From: a virus
Lineage: Duplodnaviria; Heunggongvirae; Uroviricota; Caudoviricetes
Direction: 5' to 3' (one strand)
Virus record (IMG/VR): IMGVR_UViG_3300015615_001160
Span: 18,526 to 82,525 of that record
DNA length: 64,000 nucleotides
Position numbers and translations under genes: made by a program. The notes beneath the pieces are model-generated. The model was not told the DNA's origin and did no database searches. It was given only the letters and a program-made list of their open reading frames with translations. The stretch's first letter is position 1. Every line of letters begins with the position of its first letter. Of the stretch, positions 24,001-28,408 are shown in pieces.

Positions 24001-25841
24001 TCACGGTTTCGGGTGCGATCAGCGGTTCGACGGGCCTGACCAAGATCGGCACGGGCACGGCGACGCTGACGGCGAATAACAGCGTCGGCTTCAGCGGCCC
24101 GGTCGCGATCAATGGCGGCACCCTGAGCGTCGGCGCGAGCAACAACCTCGGCGATGCCAGCGCGACCAATACGCTCGCCCTCGCGGGTGGCGGTTCGTTG
24201 CAGGCGACCGCGGGCTTCGACCTCACGACGAACCGCACCGTGGCGATCGGCACCGGCGGCGGCACCTTCGACGTGACCGGCTCGAACAACCTCATCGTCT
24301 CGGGCGCAATCAGCGGCACCGACAGCCTCAGCAAGATCGGCACCGGCATCGCCACGCTCACCGCGGACAACAGCACGTTCAGCGGCTCGGTGGCGATCAA
24401 TGGCGGCACCCTGAGCATCGGCGCGAGCAACAACCTCGGCGACGCCAGCGCGACCAATACGTTGGCCATTGCCGGCGGCACGCTGCGCGCGACGAGCACC
24501 CTCGACCTCACGAGCACTCGCTCGGTCGCGGTCGGCACGGGGGGCGCGACGTTCGACGTGACCGGCTCGAACAACCTCACGGTTTCGGGCGCGATCAGCG
24601 GCACCGCGGGCCTCACGAAGATCGGCACCGGCACCGCGACCTTCTCCGCGGACAACAGCGGGTTCAGTGGCTCGGTGGCGATCAACGAAGGCACCCTGAG
24701 CGTCGGCGCGAGCAACAACCTCGGCGACGCCAGCGCGACCAATACGCTAGCCATCGCGGGCGGCACGCTGCGCGCCACGGCCAGCGTCGACCTCACCGGC
24801 AATCGCACCATCGCAGTCGGCACGGGCGGCGCCAACCTCCAGGTGACCAGCGGCAACACGCTGACCGCCTCCGGCGCGATCAGCGGCAGCGCGGGTCTCA
24901 CCAAGAGCGACGCCGGCACCCTCGTCCTGAGCGGCGACAACAGCGGCTTCTCCGGCGGCACCACCATCACCGGTGGCACGCTCTCGGTCGGCGCGGCGAA
25001 CCACCTCGGCAGCAGCAGCTCCGGCGTCACGTTCAACGGCACCGGCGTGAAGCTGGCGATCACCGAGTCCTTCACCTCGAACCACGGCCTCACCTTCACC
25101 AGCGTCGGCAGCATCGACGTGGCGACGGCCAGGACCCTCACCTACACCGGCACGATCGGTGCGGGTGGCGCGGGCCTGAACAAGACCGGCGCGGGCACGT
25201 TGCTCATCAACAGCAACAACAGCGCTTATACCGGCGCGGTCACGATCGAAGCCGGTACCTTCGGCGGCACCGGCTCGGTCGGTGGCGATGTCAATGTCGA
25301 CGGTGGTGCGTTCATCGCCCCCGGCGCCAGCATCGGCACCCTGAGCATGAGCACGCTGTCGCTCGACGATAGCGCGACCCTGAAGCTCGAGCTCGACCTG
25401 AGCCTGCCGAACACCATCGGCGGTTCCGATCTGCTCCAGCTCACCAGCGCCGGCCCCGGCGTGAAGCTCGACCTCACCGCGATCTCGTTCCTCGAGGTCA
25501 CGTCGCTCGGCACCCCGGGCAGCTACAGCATCGGCGACCACTGGACGATCGCGACCTACAGTGCCACTGGCACGTGGGATGGCGTCTTCCGGGCCCCGGG
25601 CTTCGGCTACGACCTCGTGGACTACACGGGCGATCTCGGCAGCGCGATCACCTTCCAGCTCCCGGGTGGGGGGCCGCTGGTGGCAGTCGACTACAACTAC
25701 GCCGACTCGAACTACCCGGGCGTCAACGCCGTGGCCCTTGTCGTGGTGCCCGAACCGGGCTCCATGGCCACGCTCGCCGGCGCCGCGGGTCTGCTCCTCG
25801 GTCTGCAGCGCTTCCGCCGCCGCAACACCAAGAAGGCGTAA
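1..25841 (+). CDS. Giant surface protein, 5'-partial (more than 8,595 aa). Autotransporter-associated beta-strand repeat protein with a PA14 domain and a C-terminal PEP-CTERM anchor
   Basis: The frame is open from nt 3 (SAFPGLINGPVGTGTL precedes the first Met), so the gene continues upstream of the window. There are hundreds of GTLTLSG.NTYTG.TTVNGGTL-type repeats. A PA14-like segment (GEYYFRTATDDQSVLYIDGQPV...HTITYKAYNGGG) lies at about nt 5600-5960. The C-terminus VPEPGSMATLAGAAGLLLGLQRFRRRNTKKA is a PEP-CTERM motif with a TM helix and a basic tail. Stop codon TAA at 25839-25841. Confidence 0.85.
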   Translation, partial: SAFPGLINGPVGTGTLSMASGTTLLVDNASRTIANTVVFAGDPIFKNIGNAAVNLLLTGGLTVPDALVVNAVTPGLTVGLNGQISNAGTISSITKNGLGNFSINLTGVGASVPIDINNGGNLTLLHDGDGTASFETVNLGAISYDAALPTVTIDRAGTTLYNATARFKTIAPASFNAPGLANGLNLTNNNGYGLLLTDDIAFNTVTANVGPTFTVSGASGPLVPHGLTLDGQLTGGPTGAGSVVMIKAGAGTLVLNDATNSFGGGGSAIDIQGGYLQVSDPGALGNSANVIRLSTNSLTQGFRADGTFTLNNTVLLDRASNTIDVTGGNEMTLGNPFIFSNAANNLQKNDRGTLVLEDAQTGWNGNLIVTQGVLRVTNGAALGTTTGNLQLSNLGSSLELPGGVTIADGITVNVSNNVNNNGVNGAGAIRSTGGTNTLSGLVQFGVTANDTTARAVTILADLGSTLNITGGLTATVGGGGSNRDGWFGIGGAGTVNLTTTPSTFAGALATGVYWLNKIGTGTLNIQVANAHNGQNVVVKQGTLSLNGAGSLGAPGTGGGTGQVSVNPSGILTLDNTGTDVDNRLGSRNLVFHQGNFNILGAATGTTETTTGTMTINAGATTFTLDADAGGALDFTTGQVTRNAGSTLLVRADNLGNASGPGVATIQANGGTAYTFTAGQLGGTDSTFKSILPWAIGDTSLSGSGIGFLTANSALAGTNTGTNRLRLLSGSEQVTGITMPVSLNAWENLNLSSTPSSVNLNTPWTVNSLVLGSNVDLGITNHVRAFAIDTGGLIAFGNNDITGNGYLSTLGGRELIVHALGNLTLNVPIAGITSGLTKSGTGTLELAAGNTYTGTTTVNNGTLKLNGDFSIFPNQGMQLLGGILDLNGSSQQFNTLSAQSQTFARGDLFLEAGGGNVINTAGTQATLVLANANVSFNGRIGNDTPSESNIAVVRAQAAGSTNEYNLYSNNTYSGPTLVAGGRIQLIDNGRLSETPSIELSHSTLLLGSNNLSTETSNITDRVNDDATITLRGGMLQVRGRPGLYVTETFGDVYVSEGNGVIDVSEPGTAVNQIDVTIASLQRTNPALRGTLRIANVDASIPGLARVFIDNAPSLDSTGIIGPWAVFDRDWATYNDGQGLGALNTAGYTGYAPALLNNAGTFDNVRIPLPVGGQTVTLNGDRTVYTLNVVAAGASTAGSALDLGGNTLTLLGGGLILAPTTDGFNVTLQNGNVTGGVLDSNSDLYIHALSSAAADGDNIGNRDVIISANIVNNGTGELTTVFNSGLGRGTQVALNDTFITGNNTYSGGTFFNSGQFILNTPGADGTTVRATGSGDVTIVGGTSNQNVAFEHRQTTVTLGSSNQLDNTATVTIKGSATLNLASFNQTVGEVIFDNTGGNTPLLNANNGILTLGGNITASGQNVGTTSTLGSTAIGAVDLGGSTRTVTVNPIEWNGKLLSPILPNLNITARLIDQAGEGIVKQGTGILQLSATTSTFAGGVDLQQGGLAIGGSSTPNVPGSPVTSGPLGTGVLNIGTGTFITSSASANIVANDYIINGDFSFRGNQNVTLAGSSTLPAGNTTITVDHLLMTATLGSTTALGSVLAGTDNTSGIIKLGLGTLAIGGTNTFEGGITINAGNLALVGVNGNSTSPVLAGTAVTINAENSLLSFLNNGLASSGEIAYANDVVVHSSLTSAGIHVGNNGANTANTISVPNLTLNGGQTLSISSTNNYVLRLQNVIGDTVGGDVPQINVAYGTTAQIFNYSGDKPVNIGLGTLIFPDLIKIGQTNTLLGGDATFDGSFTTFPIVVQRANPTPGVAPAGFTQGGLSSSFSSLGAGQGVVTSNVGGIGLSASGVTTNLISDLGFANRPSATSAAAANTVATFNGLIEITAAGEYYFRTATDDQSVLYIDGQPVVTNLTANTDSTIAKIELEAGFHTITYKAYNGGGSAAYRLLYAGPDTLGNNLSGSPDPGFAGGFQAIPSDRFYSTSQNPTAANGYGYAALIDNNFTVNPGVAGAIDTFTSQFGAVINTGFTLTLGNNSVFTVANGPAGSHGTGFFGAAGGTTIGNGVIINAGSTATQGPGTLNLIGAVTQTGTGADALFKTGIGTLALGADNSATFSGELVVQGGTVLLNNPSALPTGGTTIRFDNSQVTTTPTNTLGTNVINLGGTDTATSLRLQVGMQIVGAGIPTGSFVTAINSPTQITISQNTTAALNGVLNYFFNASGMLDLNGQVGVTGNITINGTGSAIPGTTIAPTAVLAANSSGALWNSSPNPASLASPLTLGFTGNNSVGGYGNLTLNVINSASGQNLVKTGTNTLILNQDNASTFQSGLTVNLGTLKPATGITAIGNTAAGTTIAGGAVFDLNGNAYGAEPVTISGAGYGGAGTITGVGTVSSLGSLINTASGAASLAGPLTLGAASTVGSSYINATSGVTEGGDITLSGNISGNQTLTKTGTNTLLINGGASYTYDGTTLTLGDIVVSGTGRLGDAGTITINAGPSAGGVPLNKITLDNTGVAGLSRMQGRPLTMNGGELAIISGTSATTEATTDQNLLFNNAFNIVTLNNNSSQNITIALGGTGTIARASQATGLVRGTGLGTAAAGPGTTNVTAAGTLIPIGGGAATDTFAGASGATSAGILPWLLVDTNATGEGTSFATYNATGGTANTFGLQALSTSNYATALPTAGTANNTGDVNLRPSAALTQTNTVGVYQSTGINSLTLNTAIGGSALTVNSLAAISIDSGGLLVLADNTISGGGSLTTFNNREAIIHTVGTGTDLTLNVPLGGAVAPTIGGFTKSGAGRVILGSTTGNNYAGITRINNGTLEIAAGAPDTNAILYRFGAPATLTALTTTSGGDPLVVAAGGKLDLNGNSQIFQHIPTAGSLAGTGGEITSTPAATFTTNNSTAATFAGRITGGLNFVKAGTAALTLVDNNSYTGTTTVTGSILSLVDQGRLSGTSSISIRNAVLRWDDSGIQAMANRLGATTPAISLDGGAFEFISRSGTNGAVTLDDLSLTGGANLLRINVGATGLGTATLTVDGTLSRSTGSTLNFQGVGGTVGDNPFVKFTTTPTLTNGIIDAAYTVIGLDTAAASAANAEFATYDPVTGVRALSLSHLTNSFLSSTATSNLRLAGAANTNIPSGGATVNSLAWNGLTAARTLVFDAPNDTLTLTSGGFVGGLDNQIRTIGTPAARGKITTPNSELFLHNGGNTLVVNSDITGTFSLVLDSMSQTANAPTITLANANTYVGTTYANAVILNLRNNTGAGNAITGNLIITGGNNVGTESTAITNATTRNLGDQQIADTGTVTVRGGAQWELFGFDETVANLNFNGQGGGTGGNGPTVTTGSGVLSLTGNINATNLDDVRTIPALLGHLSLPGTTTITVDPVAGGLTAVNGNSQVGLAINSHIVSSGTINKAGNGVLSLGGVSYGTNTINVSGGALVLATNSNYGDTAVDLGNNTILDLRGQTNLQIGTITGSASSTVKNFSLNTVATLVTGGDDGSGTFAGTLTSDYTTGALSVSKIGSGTWTLTGDSRSQILGALTVNAGTVSVEGANGTIGFAVPTVNTGGSLILDNSTNAVTHRLGGNLNLTNAFSGAARTLTVRGGTFGIIGGATAVSESVNTIDVNNGGGIITLNAAGTGGVNLAISAAATPFSAPNSTGTLLIRGDGLGNAAGANVATVTANGALNVVGTQGGFTSGTVTMGIRSDILADDSATGFGDGFLTRNTNGTLRALNQTTELAGGTATNSVQLTTGTTTTNVGLGAVTSTLQSNLYTNVGVNSLTLLSGSGFANFFGTTGGSYGAAGFLTTTVNSAGILDLGGEVGDTALTSGSTSMFLHTPGANTLTLNKPIIGSTGGILKAGNGTLNFATAQYYTGGTTMNGGTLNLTSGANGILVNAGAATPTLNDLRLNAGTVDLNGNNQAFGALSSSNLLPGQAGTIQNSGALATLTVAGAATDFAGSITGNINFIKTGTNTLTLRGVSDYSGSTLLRAGLTLRDDGALTGTSAIAVNYAALTLDNAGLTASTSRIPIGANIAMTGGTFSLLARQGNEAVSVGPVSIAAGANVINNGLINSNASGTGGSVLTLASLTRADSAATLNFTSAGGTLGAATEGADGNFATNGGANPQIIVAGGVTLTGDLVGPWATVNGADWATYTNPVAGQPSGVAGLGQTMLTAIGSAVTTSNTVTLNSVDGLSVGMGVVLGGVIQPGARITAINPTLNTITLSSTATATNTLAMTFTARGYSTNNLTNSVLADNITESGDRFDVVTRSMNTLAIRNTGATASATIGARALDQILTIGSGGILTNNNSQAINFQGGRLTVGAGNQNLYVHANSGTVTFQNRIENNAGAINFVKSGAATAALAVSPIIRQASTTSGSAVVTTSGANSTAGLVVGMRPGTANSIPAGAVITQINSATSYTISVPVTTSDATAAQNAMGAPTTEVLGFQTLTSGANTVTVPVGTRVYPGMVVSTASGSTGTLAANTTVLSVSGTTVTLSSNATAGGTATLLFAPVANQTGISGTTTQGSNVLTIAPNTIGLNVGQVIAGNANIPANTTVTAYDVTTGTVTLSAPATASATTNTTFNGVAAASLIASTTSGNANVKVLSTTGLFVGQPLQGAGIPRGATIQSIIDANTVQLSTNATATGVSNAYFGPAPFGITATGDVTSASSTITMVSTAGVVAGMSVQGAGIPLGAVVGSVVSPTQIILANSTTGAALNATATNTQGEGVNLVFGAPIANYTPNLTQNFTTGTANATLSAGTTTALAVGMTVSGNGIPAGTTITAVNSGTQITLSNTPTVAQTGNSLTFGAPLPTYSNTYTGNTIVNQGTLNIGGPSGGSTVGGIYVPGNLILNNANATQVNQGGGSIASTSNVTINGAGTLTILAGTQQTLNTLTYNGTGGVGAITVTGGTVALSGTTNAITAVNDNLGTTPTLASPWELAGANRTVTTSGLSPNSLVISGAISNTIGGTAAPAGVIKAGPGSLVLSSTASNFNGGVQLNTGTLIVGGGNSAGTPVTAGPLGTGTLTIAGGTTILSDASRSVANLVTVNGNFSFGGLVAGNALTLAGPINFGSATRTITVPAPAVVGVLGGAITGSAGVGLTKEGNGILRLSGAGSNYTGDTTVNGGVLQAGISLLLTNSALVVNPGAVFDLNGANTPVFASLSGDTPTTGGLVTNSGASGTLTVGADDSNSSFGGAFTAATGTAQGFNLNKIGTGTLVLTGSRSNATGGTAGLTVSRGTVEISGEGATAFTNNVVLSGGTLNLDNTTYAIESENFDTTSGNATVTTGSTTDLRVGMSVSGAGIPTGAVVSSIPNGTTFVLSIAANATNAASALDFTTNRLGGNTKNVNLNGGTFTMNGNGSSLVNETINQLVPVSGGSSLVLNGGAGGSTRLSVLTLPAQVTGATAVYSGLSTTVGAGTANLTINTFNPLANQGNGPAGTTTMSIRSDILGDATAGGAGTGFLVRDPATGFVRPLDVGTEVDAALPNTSFGIHSQTSGNATITGASTAGLVVGQAVSGAGIPAGARVASIVNGSTFVLSANTTATNANNALTFTANPLANYGNFSAGETYNSNAIVNSLTLNTANGITSSGGGQSGQNYGPTGLNTLSVNTGGILALASSTLNVGALSTIGNAQFIFHTVGAGTTLNVNGYLNGTTGGLTKTGAGTLNINTPTFHTGTTTVNNGSLVLAGGNNTLVVSPSASVPTVQALVVNGGTLNLGSNSQAVGNITSNNALANSGGTITGTGGTLTTSGTGNPATFGGVIGGSLNFVKANTSNQILTSAQTYNGSTTVMGGTLTLRDSATLASTTINVNGGTLLLDNAQLGNIANRLPANALVSLRNGTLQLTGANVATTSATVGGTGSVALAQGASTINVTSPVFATNNTAELTIGDLTRVAGTAVNFTGTNLGQNVAGTGQIFLSKVGGAAFNSGSLTNGLIGGWATVGGTDFASYVDSNALQGGVGAMGTTGFPAYSLVALGAGTSTDNINASGTLSGITSRTINSLRIPAAATITMASGTDRLTIGTGGLLANGAASVITGGELTAGTAAGAELFVFANNTVTIASAIVDNVGGAVTLVKNGTNALTITGNNALGYSGGTVVNAGTLTLNTASADGSTITALRGDLTINSGGTVTLSTANQLQQTANVVINGGGILNLVGTNTLSGATFNGNSSTTAPAINVGDSLVLTAAALTSVNDNFATTPAIAGRRLELTNATPSINTSGASTNNLNITAGIHAAGGNVEKTGAGSVVLAPALATTGNATTSGNTTVTMGSTNGFAVGQAVTGAGIPAGATIAAIVDGTRIQLSAAPTATATGVTLTVAGSTFNTGMTLSDGSLIIAGSSTSISGTVVSGPVGTGTLTINSSTASLIGDGGAVRTVGNAVSLNTDLTFGGTLANSINLSGPVNFNGVARNIAVTNPNVVSTISGLITIQPALGGTGLTKTGKGILVLSGANTNANFTAGDTTIVGTTVADGILRLGASNAIPSGSLLTINAGAEFDIAGFAQTSLQIGGTGLVTNSGAAQTLTIGGTTTGDVTTDVDSTFGGVLLNGTNALNLAKVGAGDLTLTGANLYTGIATIQSGKLIVGATNTLPAASTVQVGNSLTTAGVVATFDVTQFDQTIARLTAGATTATGTAVVDIATGRTLTTTGNVVLGADAAASSTVVNFTGDGSYVANGALFQVGGGTGGTNANSATVSMANLANFTANLGPAGIFRVGDSSTTTTAGNSTLTLSPNSSITANLIGIGDNAGGDNGVHRLRLGSGTNVLNANTINVGSAGIGGAAARADGVLDFAGGTGSLTIRSQADPVNGYATLNVAASAAGTAADIAGTFDTTGHLADLNFSLMSIGQRSNLTGTATGVFSFGSAGSTLVAFNAVAGYKATGSTTTGIVDGVINLSSGTSTFHNTSNPFALGQNDTTTGTGRGTLNISGDAVVNVAANGAISQISFELGRKNSTGAAVGVINITGGVLNSAGNIYTFGNGDGTVNLNGGTLNMSGKAIGQGASPLTGIFASGTLQNLGEFNGGATLSKTTAGTLNIGGTNTYTGTTSVAGGVLNVISTAALGTTGAGTSVTAGATLNFAGVAYGNEALTLNGNGFGSNGALTGTGTASHSGTINLATTSSIGIGAGADTLTLSGSISGAGGLTKVGAGTLVLSGTNSYAGATTIDLGTLKLGATDVIPHGAGTGNVAVNGGTLDLAGFNEDINGLSGAGTIDNSGGGTSVLTVGLNDATSTFSGTIQNTTGSVQVIKNGTGSLTLSGTTSTFSGGITVNDGTLVIGANSVPTSGTVTSGPLGTGTLTLNTGASIAGAATTVANAVQIDGSFSVVGAGAAQNLTLNGVTTLANGTHTITVNDTDATTAFDADLVATIGGAVGGAGNIIKAGLGTLVLSGSNNYAGSTTVNGGILRVGSTGAIPSGSQLQLGNSGVFDLNGFNTTAGSLSSTTPTANTAQVINTGSAATLTVGGDGNSTAYGGTITGLTALVKEGVGALTLNNGTSTFTNGVTVNGGTLVIGASSDAGPTQGPLGTGTLTLSANSSLQGANTSVSNPVTVNGDFTFAGDDDAHNLTLSGNVQLGGATRTITVEDDDNSGNDPHTATLSGSIDGTMGFIKAGDGILVVSGGNIYTGDTTVDAGILRVGAANSLPTGTALIINSNGNFDLNGFSQQVASLAGFGTVTNTHATANVSLTVDGSANTSFFGAITNGMGSGNVSLLKAGTGTLTLGGVNSYKGATSITGGILSISNSLALGTTDNGTNVNGGTLELQNNITVSGETLLIAGANSGNGALRNLSGSNTWAGPVFLTNDATVNTVADDLTISGAIDGSSTLTKTGAGTLVLSGTNTTFTGLIEINGGTLSAGASNNLGDASATNSLVINGGTLEATATFDLGADRGITIGTSGAGIKVTAGSNLTVPGSLTSATPGSGTLTKTDDGTLTLSGDNTAFSGPIAINGGVLSIDESINLGDESATNTLSFAGGTLRATDSIDLTASRTIALGTGGGTLDVTGSNNLTVSGAISGSTGLTKIGTGTATLTANNSVGFSGPVAINGGTLSVGASNNLGDASATNTLALAGGGSLQATAGFDLTTNRTVAIGTGGGTFDVTGSNNLIVSGAISGTDSLSKIGTGIATLTADNSTFSGSVAINGGTLSIGASNNLGDASATNTLAIAGGTLRATSTLDLTSTRSVAVGTGGATFDVTGSNNLTVSGAISGTAGLTKIGTGTATFSADNSGFSGSVAINEGTLSVGASNNLGDASATNTLAIAGGTLRATASVDLTGNRTIAVGTGGANLQVTSGNTLTASGAISGSAGLTKSDAGTLVLSGDNSGFSGGTTITGGTLSVGAANHLGSSSSGVTFNGTGVKLAITESFTSNHGLTFTSVGSIDVATARTLTYTGTIGAGGAGLNKTGAGTLLINSNNSAYTGAVTIEAGTFGGTGSVGGDVNVDGGAFIAPGASIGTLSMSTLSLDDSATLKLELDLSLPNTIGGSDLLQLTSAGPGVKLDLTAISFLEVTSLGTPGSYSIGDHWTIATYSATGTWDGVFRAPGFGYDLVDYTGDLGSAITFQLPGGGPLVAVDYNYADSNYPGVNAVALVVVPEPGSMATLAGAAGLLLGLQRFRRRNTKKA
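23455..25190 (+). repeat. Six tandem intragenic repeats of about 288 bp (about 96 aa) in the C-terminal part of the giant gene
   Basis: The peptide unit LTKIGTGTATL.ADNS.FSG.VAINGGTLS.GASNNLGDASATNTLA.AGGTLRAT...DLT..R..A.GTGG.TFDVTGSNNLTVSGAISG recurs six times. The repeats are near-identical at DNA level, e.g. gcgagcaacaacctcggcgacgccagcgcgaccaatacg. Confidence 0.7.
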
Positions 25842-25870
25842 GTCGAGAGGCCCTCGCCGAAACAATCACG

Positions 25871-25918
25871 ACCGGTGCCCGGGATCACGCGTCCCAGGCA
25901 CCGGTTTCGTTTTAGGGC
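25871..25918 (+). terminator. Rho-independent terminator of the giant gene
   Basis: Perfect 9-bp stem accggtgcc...ggcaccggt with a structured loop, followed by ttcgtttt. It lies 30 nt after the stop codon. Confidence 0.7.
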
Positions 25919-25966
25919 AGTCGCGGTTAGCGCCCTTCAAGAAGTGTGGTAGCCATCGCGAGCGCG

Positions 25967-26129
25967 CCTCCGCAGAGGCGAAAATGGTGGAACGGGCGCT
26001 CCGAGCCCGTTTGTGCAAGCCCTCTTCGCCGAAGGCGAACTGATCTGTGGGGAAGAGTGGCGGCTGCGCCGCCGGTGTGTTTCCAAACGGGCTCGGAGCG
26101 CCCGTTCCACCATCGTTTGACTGCGGAGG
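25967..26129. repeat. Long inverted repeat in the convergent intergenic region. A 30-bp perfect core plus a 9-bp outer match; the arms are separated by 71 nt
   Basis: Left arm 25967-26013: cctccgcag...atggtggaacgggcgctccgagcccgtttg. The right arm 26085-26129 is its reverse complement. Each arm also holds an internal acgggc/gcccgt palindrome. Confidence 0.7.
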
Positions 26130-26180
26130 CGGGATCGCCGCGGCTACGACTCTATTTCAACCGTTCTGGCGGTGCCAGCA

Positions 26181-26759
26181 TTAACCCAGGAAGTGCGCCC
26201 AGTCGGCTACGCCGTGCTGATTGCGGATGAACGCCGACGCGGGTTTCTCGCGCGGAGCGACCGGGTGCTGGTGCAGGCGCAGCCCGGCCTCGTGCGGCAG
26301 GCGGTCCGCTTTGGCGGAATTCACCTCGCGGTGCGCAAGCACGCAGTTCTCCCAGTTCGTCTTGCCGCCGCGGGAGCGGGGCACGACTTGGTCGATGTTG
26401 CCCTCCTTCGGCGAAAGCTTGCGGCCAGTGTATTGGCACACGCCGCCGTCGCGCTCCCAGATGCCGCGCATCCCAAAGCGCGGGCGGCGCATCGGCACGC
26501 GGGCGTAGTTCATCGCGATGACGACCGTCGGCACGCGCACTGGGCCGCGTGCGGTGTTTACTGCGTAGTCGCACTCCCGCACCGGCAGCGTGAGCCACGC
26601 ACTCCATTTCGTCGGCACAAACGCACCCTCGGAAATATCGAGCGCCGTGGCGGCGTCGGACGCCATCATGCAAAACGCCTCCGCGGGCGTCTTCACGTGG
26701 ATCGCCTGCCAATGCCGATTCAGCACCAGCACGGTCGTTTTGTTGAGGATGTTATTCAT
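26181..26759 (-). CDS. HNH endonuclease domain protein
   Basis: 192 aa. HNH core DQVVPRSRGGKTNWENCVLAHREVNSAKADR. It is the last gene of the minus-strand RtcB block and starts with MNN at 26757-26759. Confidence 0.7.
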   Translation of the reverse strand: MNNILNKTTVLVLNRHWQAIHVKTPAEAFCMMASDAATALDISEGAFVPTKWSAWLTLPVRECDYAVNTARGPVRVPTVVIAMNYARVPMRRPRFGMRGIWERDGGVCQYTGRKLSPKEGNIDQVVPRSRGGKTNWENCVLAHREVNSAKADRLPHEAGLRLHQHPVAPREKPASAFIRNQHGVADWAHFLG

Positions 26760-26870
26760 CGGAAAAAAGTTTAGCTAACAACTGATAGTCATAAGGTAGC
26801 GTGACCGCTTGGTGAATGGCAGCGCGCAGCGCTGCCATTCACCAATCACCGATCACACTTTACAAGTGTC

Positions 26871-28274
26871 TTAGTCTTCCGCGCGGTCACCCGCCGGACA
26901 CATCTTCACGAGTTTCGGGTCGAAGCGGCCGAGCACATCGACGAGGTCCGTCTGCGCCGACATCACTTGCGCGATGTCCTTGTAGACGCCCGGCACTTCG
27001 TCGAGGCCGGCGGAGAGCAGTTCCACGCCAGCGGCGGCGAGTTGTTTCTTCACCGCGCTCCACGTGAACGACTGCAATGCCTTGCTGCGGCTCATCACCC
27101 GGCCCGCGCCGTGCGACGCGCTGTGCAGCGACTCGGGCGAGCCCTTGCCGCGTACGACATAGCCCGGCGATGCCATGGAACCCGGGATAACACCCAGCAC
27201 TCCGGCGCCCGCCGGCGTCGCGCCCTTGCGGTGCACGACGACCTCGCGCTCTTCCCCATTCACGACATGCGTTTCTTTCCACGCGAAGTTGTGATGGTTT
27301 TCGATGTCGAGGATCACATGCCCACCGAGCTTTTTCGCGATGTGCCGGTGGATGAGTGCGTGGTTCGCCGCTGCGTAACGGCCCATCAAGTTCATCGCGG
27401 CCCAGTATTCCTGGCCGTCGGCGTCGTCGAGCGAGAGCCACGCGAGGTGCTTGAGTTCCTTCGGCAGGTGCTCGTGGCGGGCCATCGCGCGCTTGCTGTA
27501 GACTTCGCACACCTTCGCGCCGGTTCCGCGCGAGCCCGAGTGCGAGAGTAGCGCGAGATATTCTCCCGGCTCGAGGCCCAGGGTCTGTGCCTGCTCCGCA
27601 TCGACGGTGAACGCACCGAACTCGACGAAGTGGTTGCCACTTCCGCTCGTGCCGAGCTGCGACCACGCCTTGTCGCGCAGTTGCTTCGTCACGGGCGCCA
27701 CGGACCAGTCTTCGTCCATCACGTCGTGCTCGCGGCGCTGCTTGAACTGGCAGCCCATACCGAACCGCGTCTCGTCTTCGAGGATGTTCGCGAGCCGATC
27801 GCGCTGGCCGGCGAGGGTGCTCGCCTTGCGGTCATACACCGTCAGCTTCATGCGGCACGCGATGTCCACGCCGACGGCGTAAGGAATCACCGCGTTGTCG
27901 GTCGCGAGCACACCGCCGATCGGCAGGCCGTAGCCCACGTGCGCATCCGGCATCAACGCGCCCGCCACCGCGACCGGCAGCGCACACGCATTCGCCATTT
28001 GCTTCACCGCCTCGGCTTCGAGCCCTTCGCCCCACTGACGCCACGGCGCGAGTTCTGCGCGCGGCGTAAACGGCGGGCGATAGATCGCCCGCGCCAGCGG
28101 TGCCCGCAGCTCGTCGGCAAAGAAAGCCGTTGGATTGGCGACGATGTTGAAGATTTCGCCCTCCAGTAACGCGCCGTCATTTCCCCGCGCGATGAAGTTC
28201 TGGATGAACTCGTGCGCAACTTGGATCGGCCCGCCCATCGGCACGCCGAGGCGGATGAGGTCTTTGGTGTTCAT
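26871..28274 (-). CDS. rtcB: RtcB RNA ligase (joins 3'-phosphate/2',3'-cyclic phosphate to 5'-OH)
   Basis: RtcB family signatures MPDAHVGYGLPIGG, GSGNHF, SASHGAGR. Start chosen at MNTKDLIRLGVPMGG (ATG 28272-28274). An in-frame upstream ATG at 28307 would add 11 aa. Confidence 0.9.
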   Translation of the reverse strand: MNTKDLIRLGVPMGGPIQVAHEFIQNFIARGNDGALLEGEIFNIVANPTAFFADELRAPLARAIYRPPFTPRAELAPWRQWGEGLEAEAVKQMANACALPVAVAGALMPDAHVGYGLPIGGVLATDNAVIPYAVGVDIACRMKLTVYDRKASTLAGQRDRLANILEDETRFGMGCQFKQRREHDVMDEDWSVAPVTKQLRDKAWSQLGTSGSGNHFVEFGAFTVDAEQAQTLGLEPGEYLALLSHSGSRGTGAKVCEVYSKRAMARHEHLPKELKHLAWLSLDDADGQEYWAAMNLMGRYAAANHALIHRHIAKKLGGHVILDIENHHNFAWKETHVVNGEEREVVVHRKGATPAGAGVLGVIPGSMASPGYVVRGKGSPESLHSASHGAGRVMSRSKALQSFTWSAVKKQLAAAGVELLSAGLDEVPGVYKDIAQVMSAQTDLVDVLGRFDPKLVKMCPAGDRAED

Positions 28275-28408
28275 AGTGAGTTGGTTTGAAAATGTGCGTC
28301 GCCGCACGCGGACACAATGCGAGTGCGCAGCGGTGTTTGTTCTTTTTGTCGGAAAGTCTGCAGCCGGGAAGGGTTCATGCCCTCCCCGGCTGTACCACTA
28401 CTAGTTCC

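Noticed and set aside
824-25865. Dozens of long ORFs on the minus strand and in alternate plus frames inside the giant gene (e.g. 2901-6542, 7896-15383, 15483-17597)
   Set aside because: They are R/A/G-rich low-complexity translations typical of antisense frames in about 70% GC DNA. The plus-strand frame has a coherent repeat-domain architecture and a PEP-CTERM terminus.
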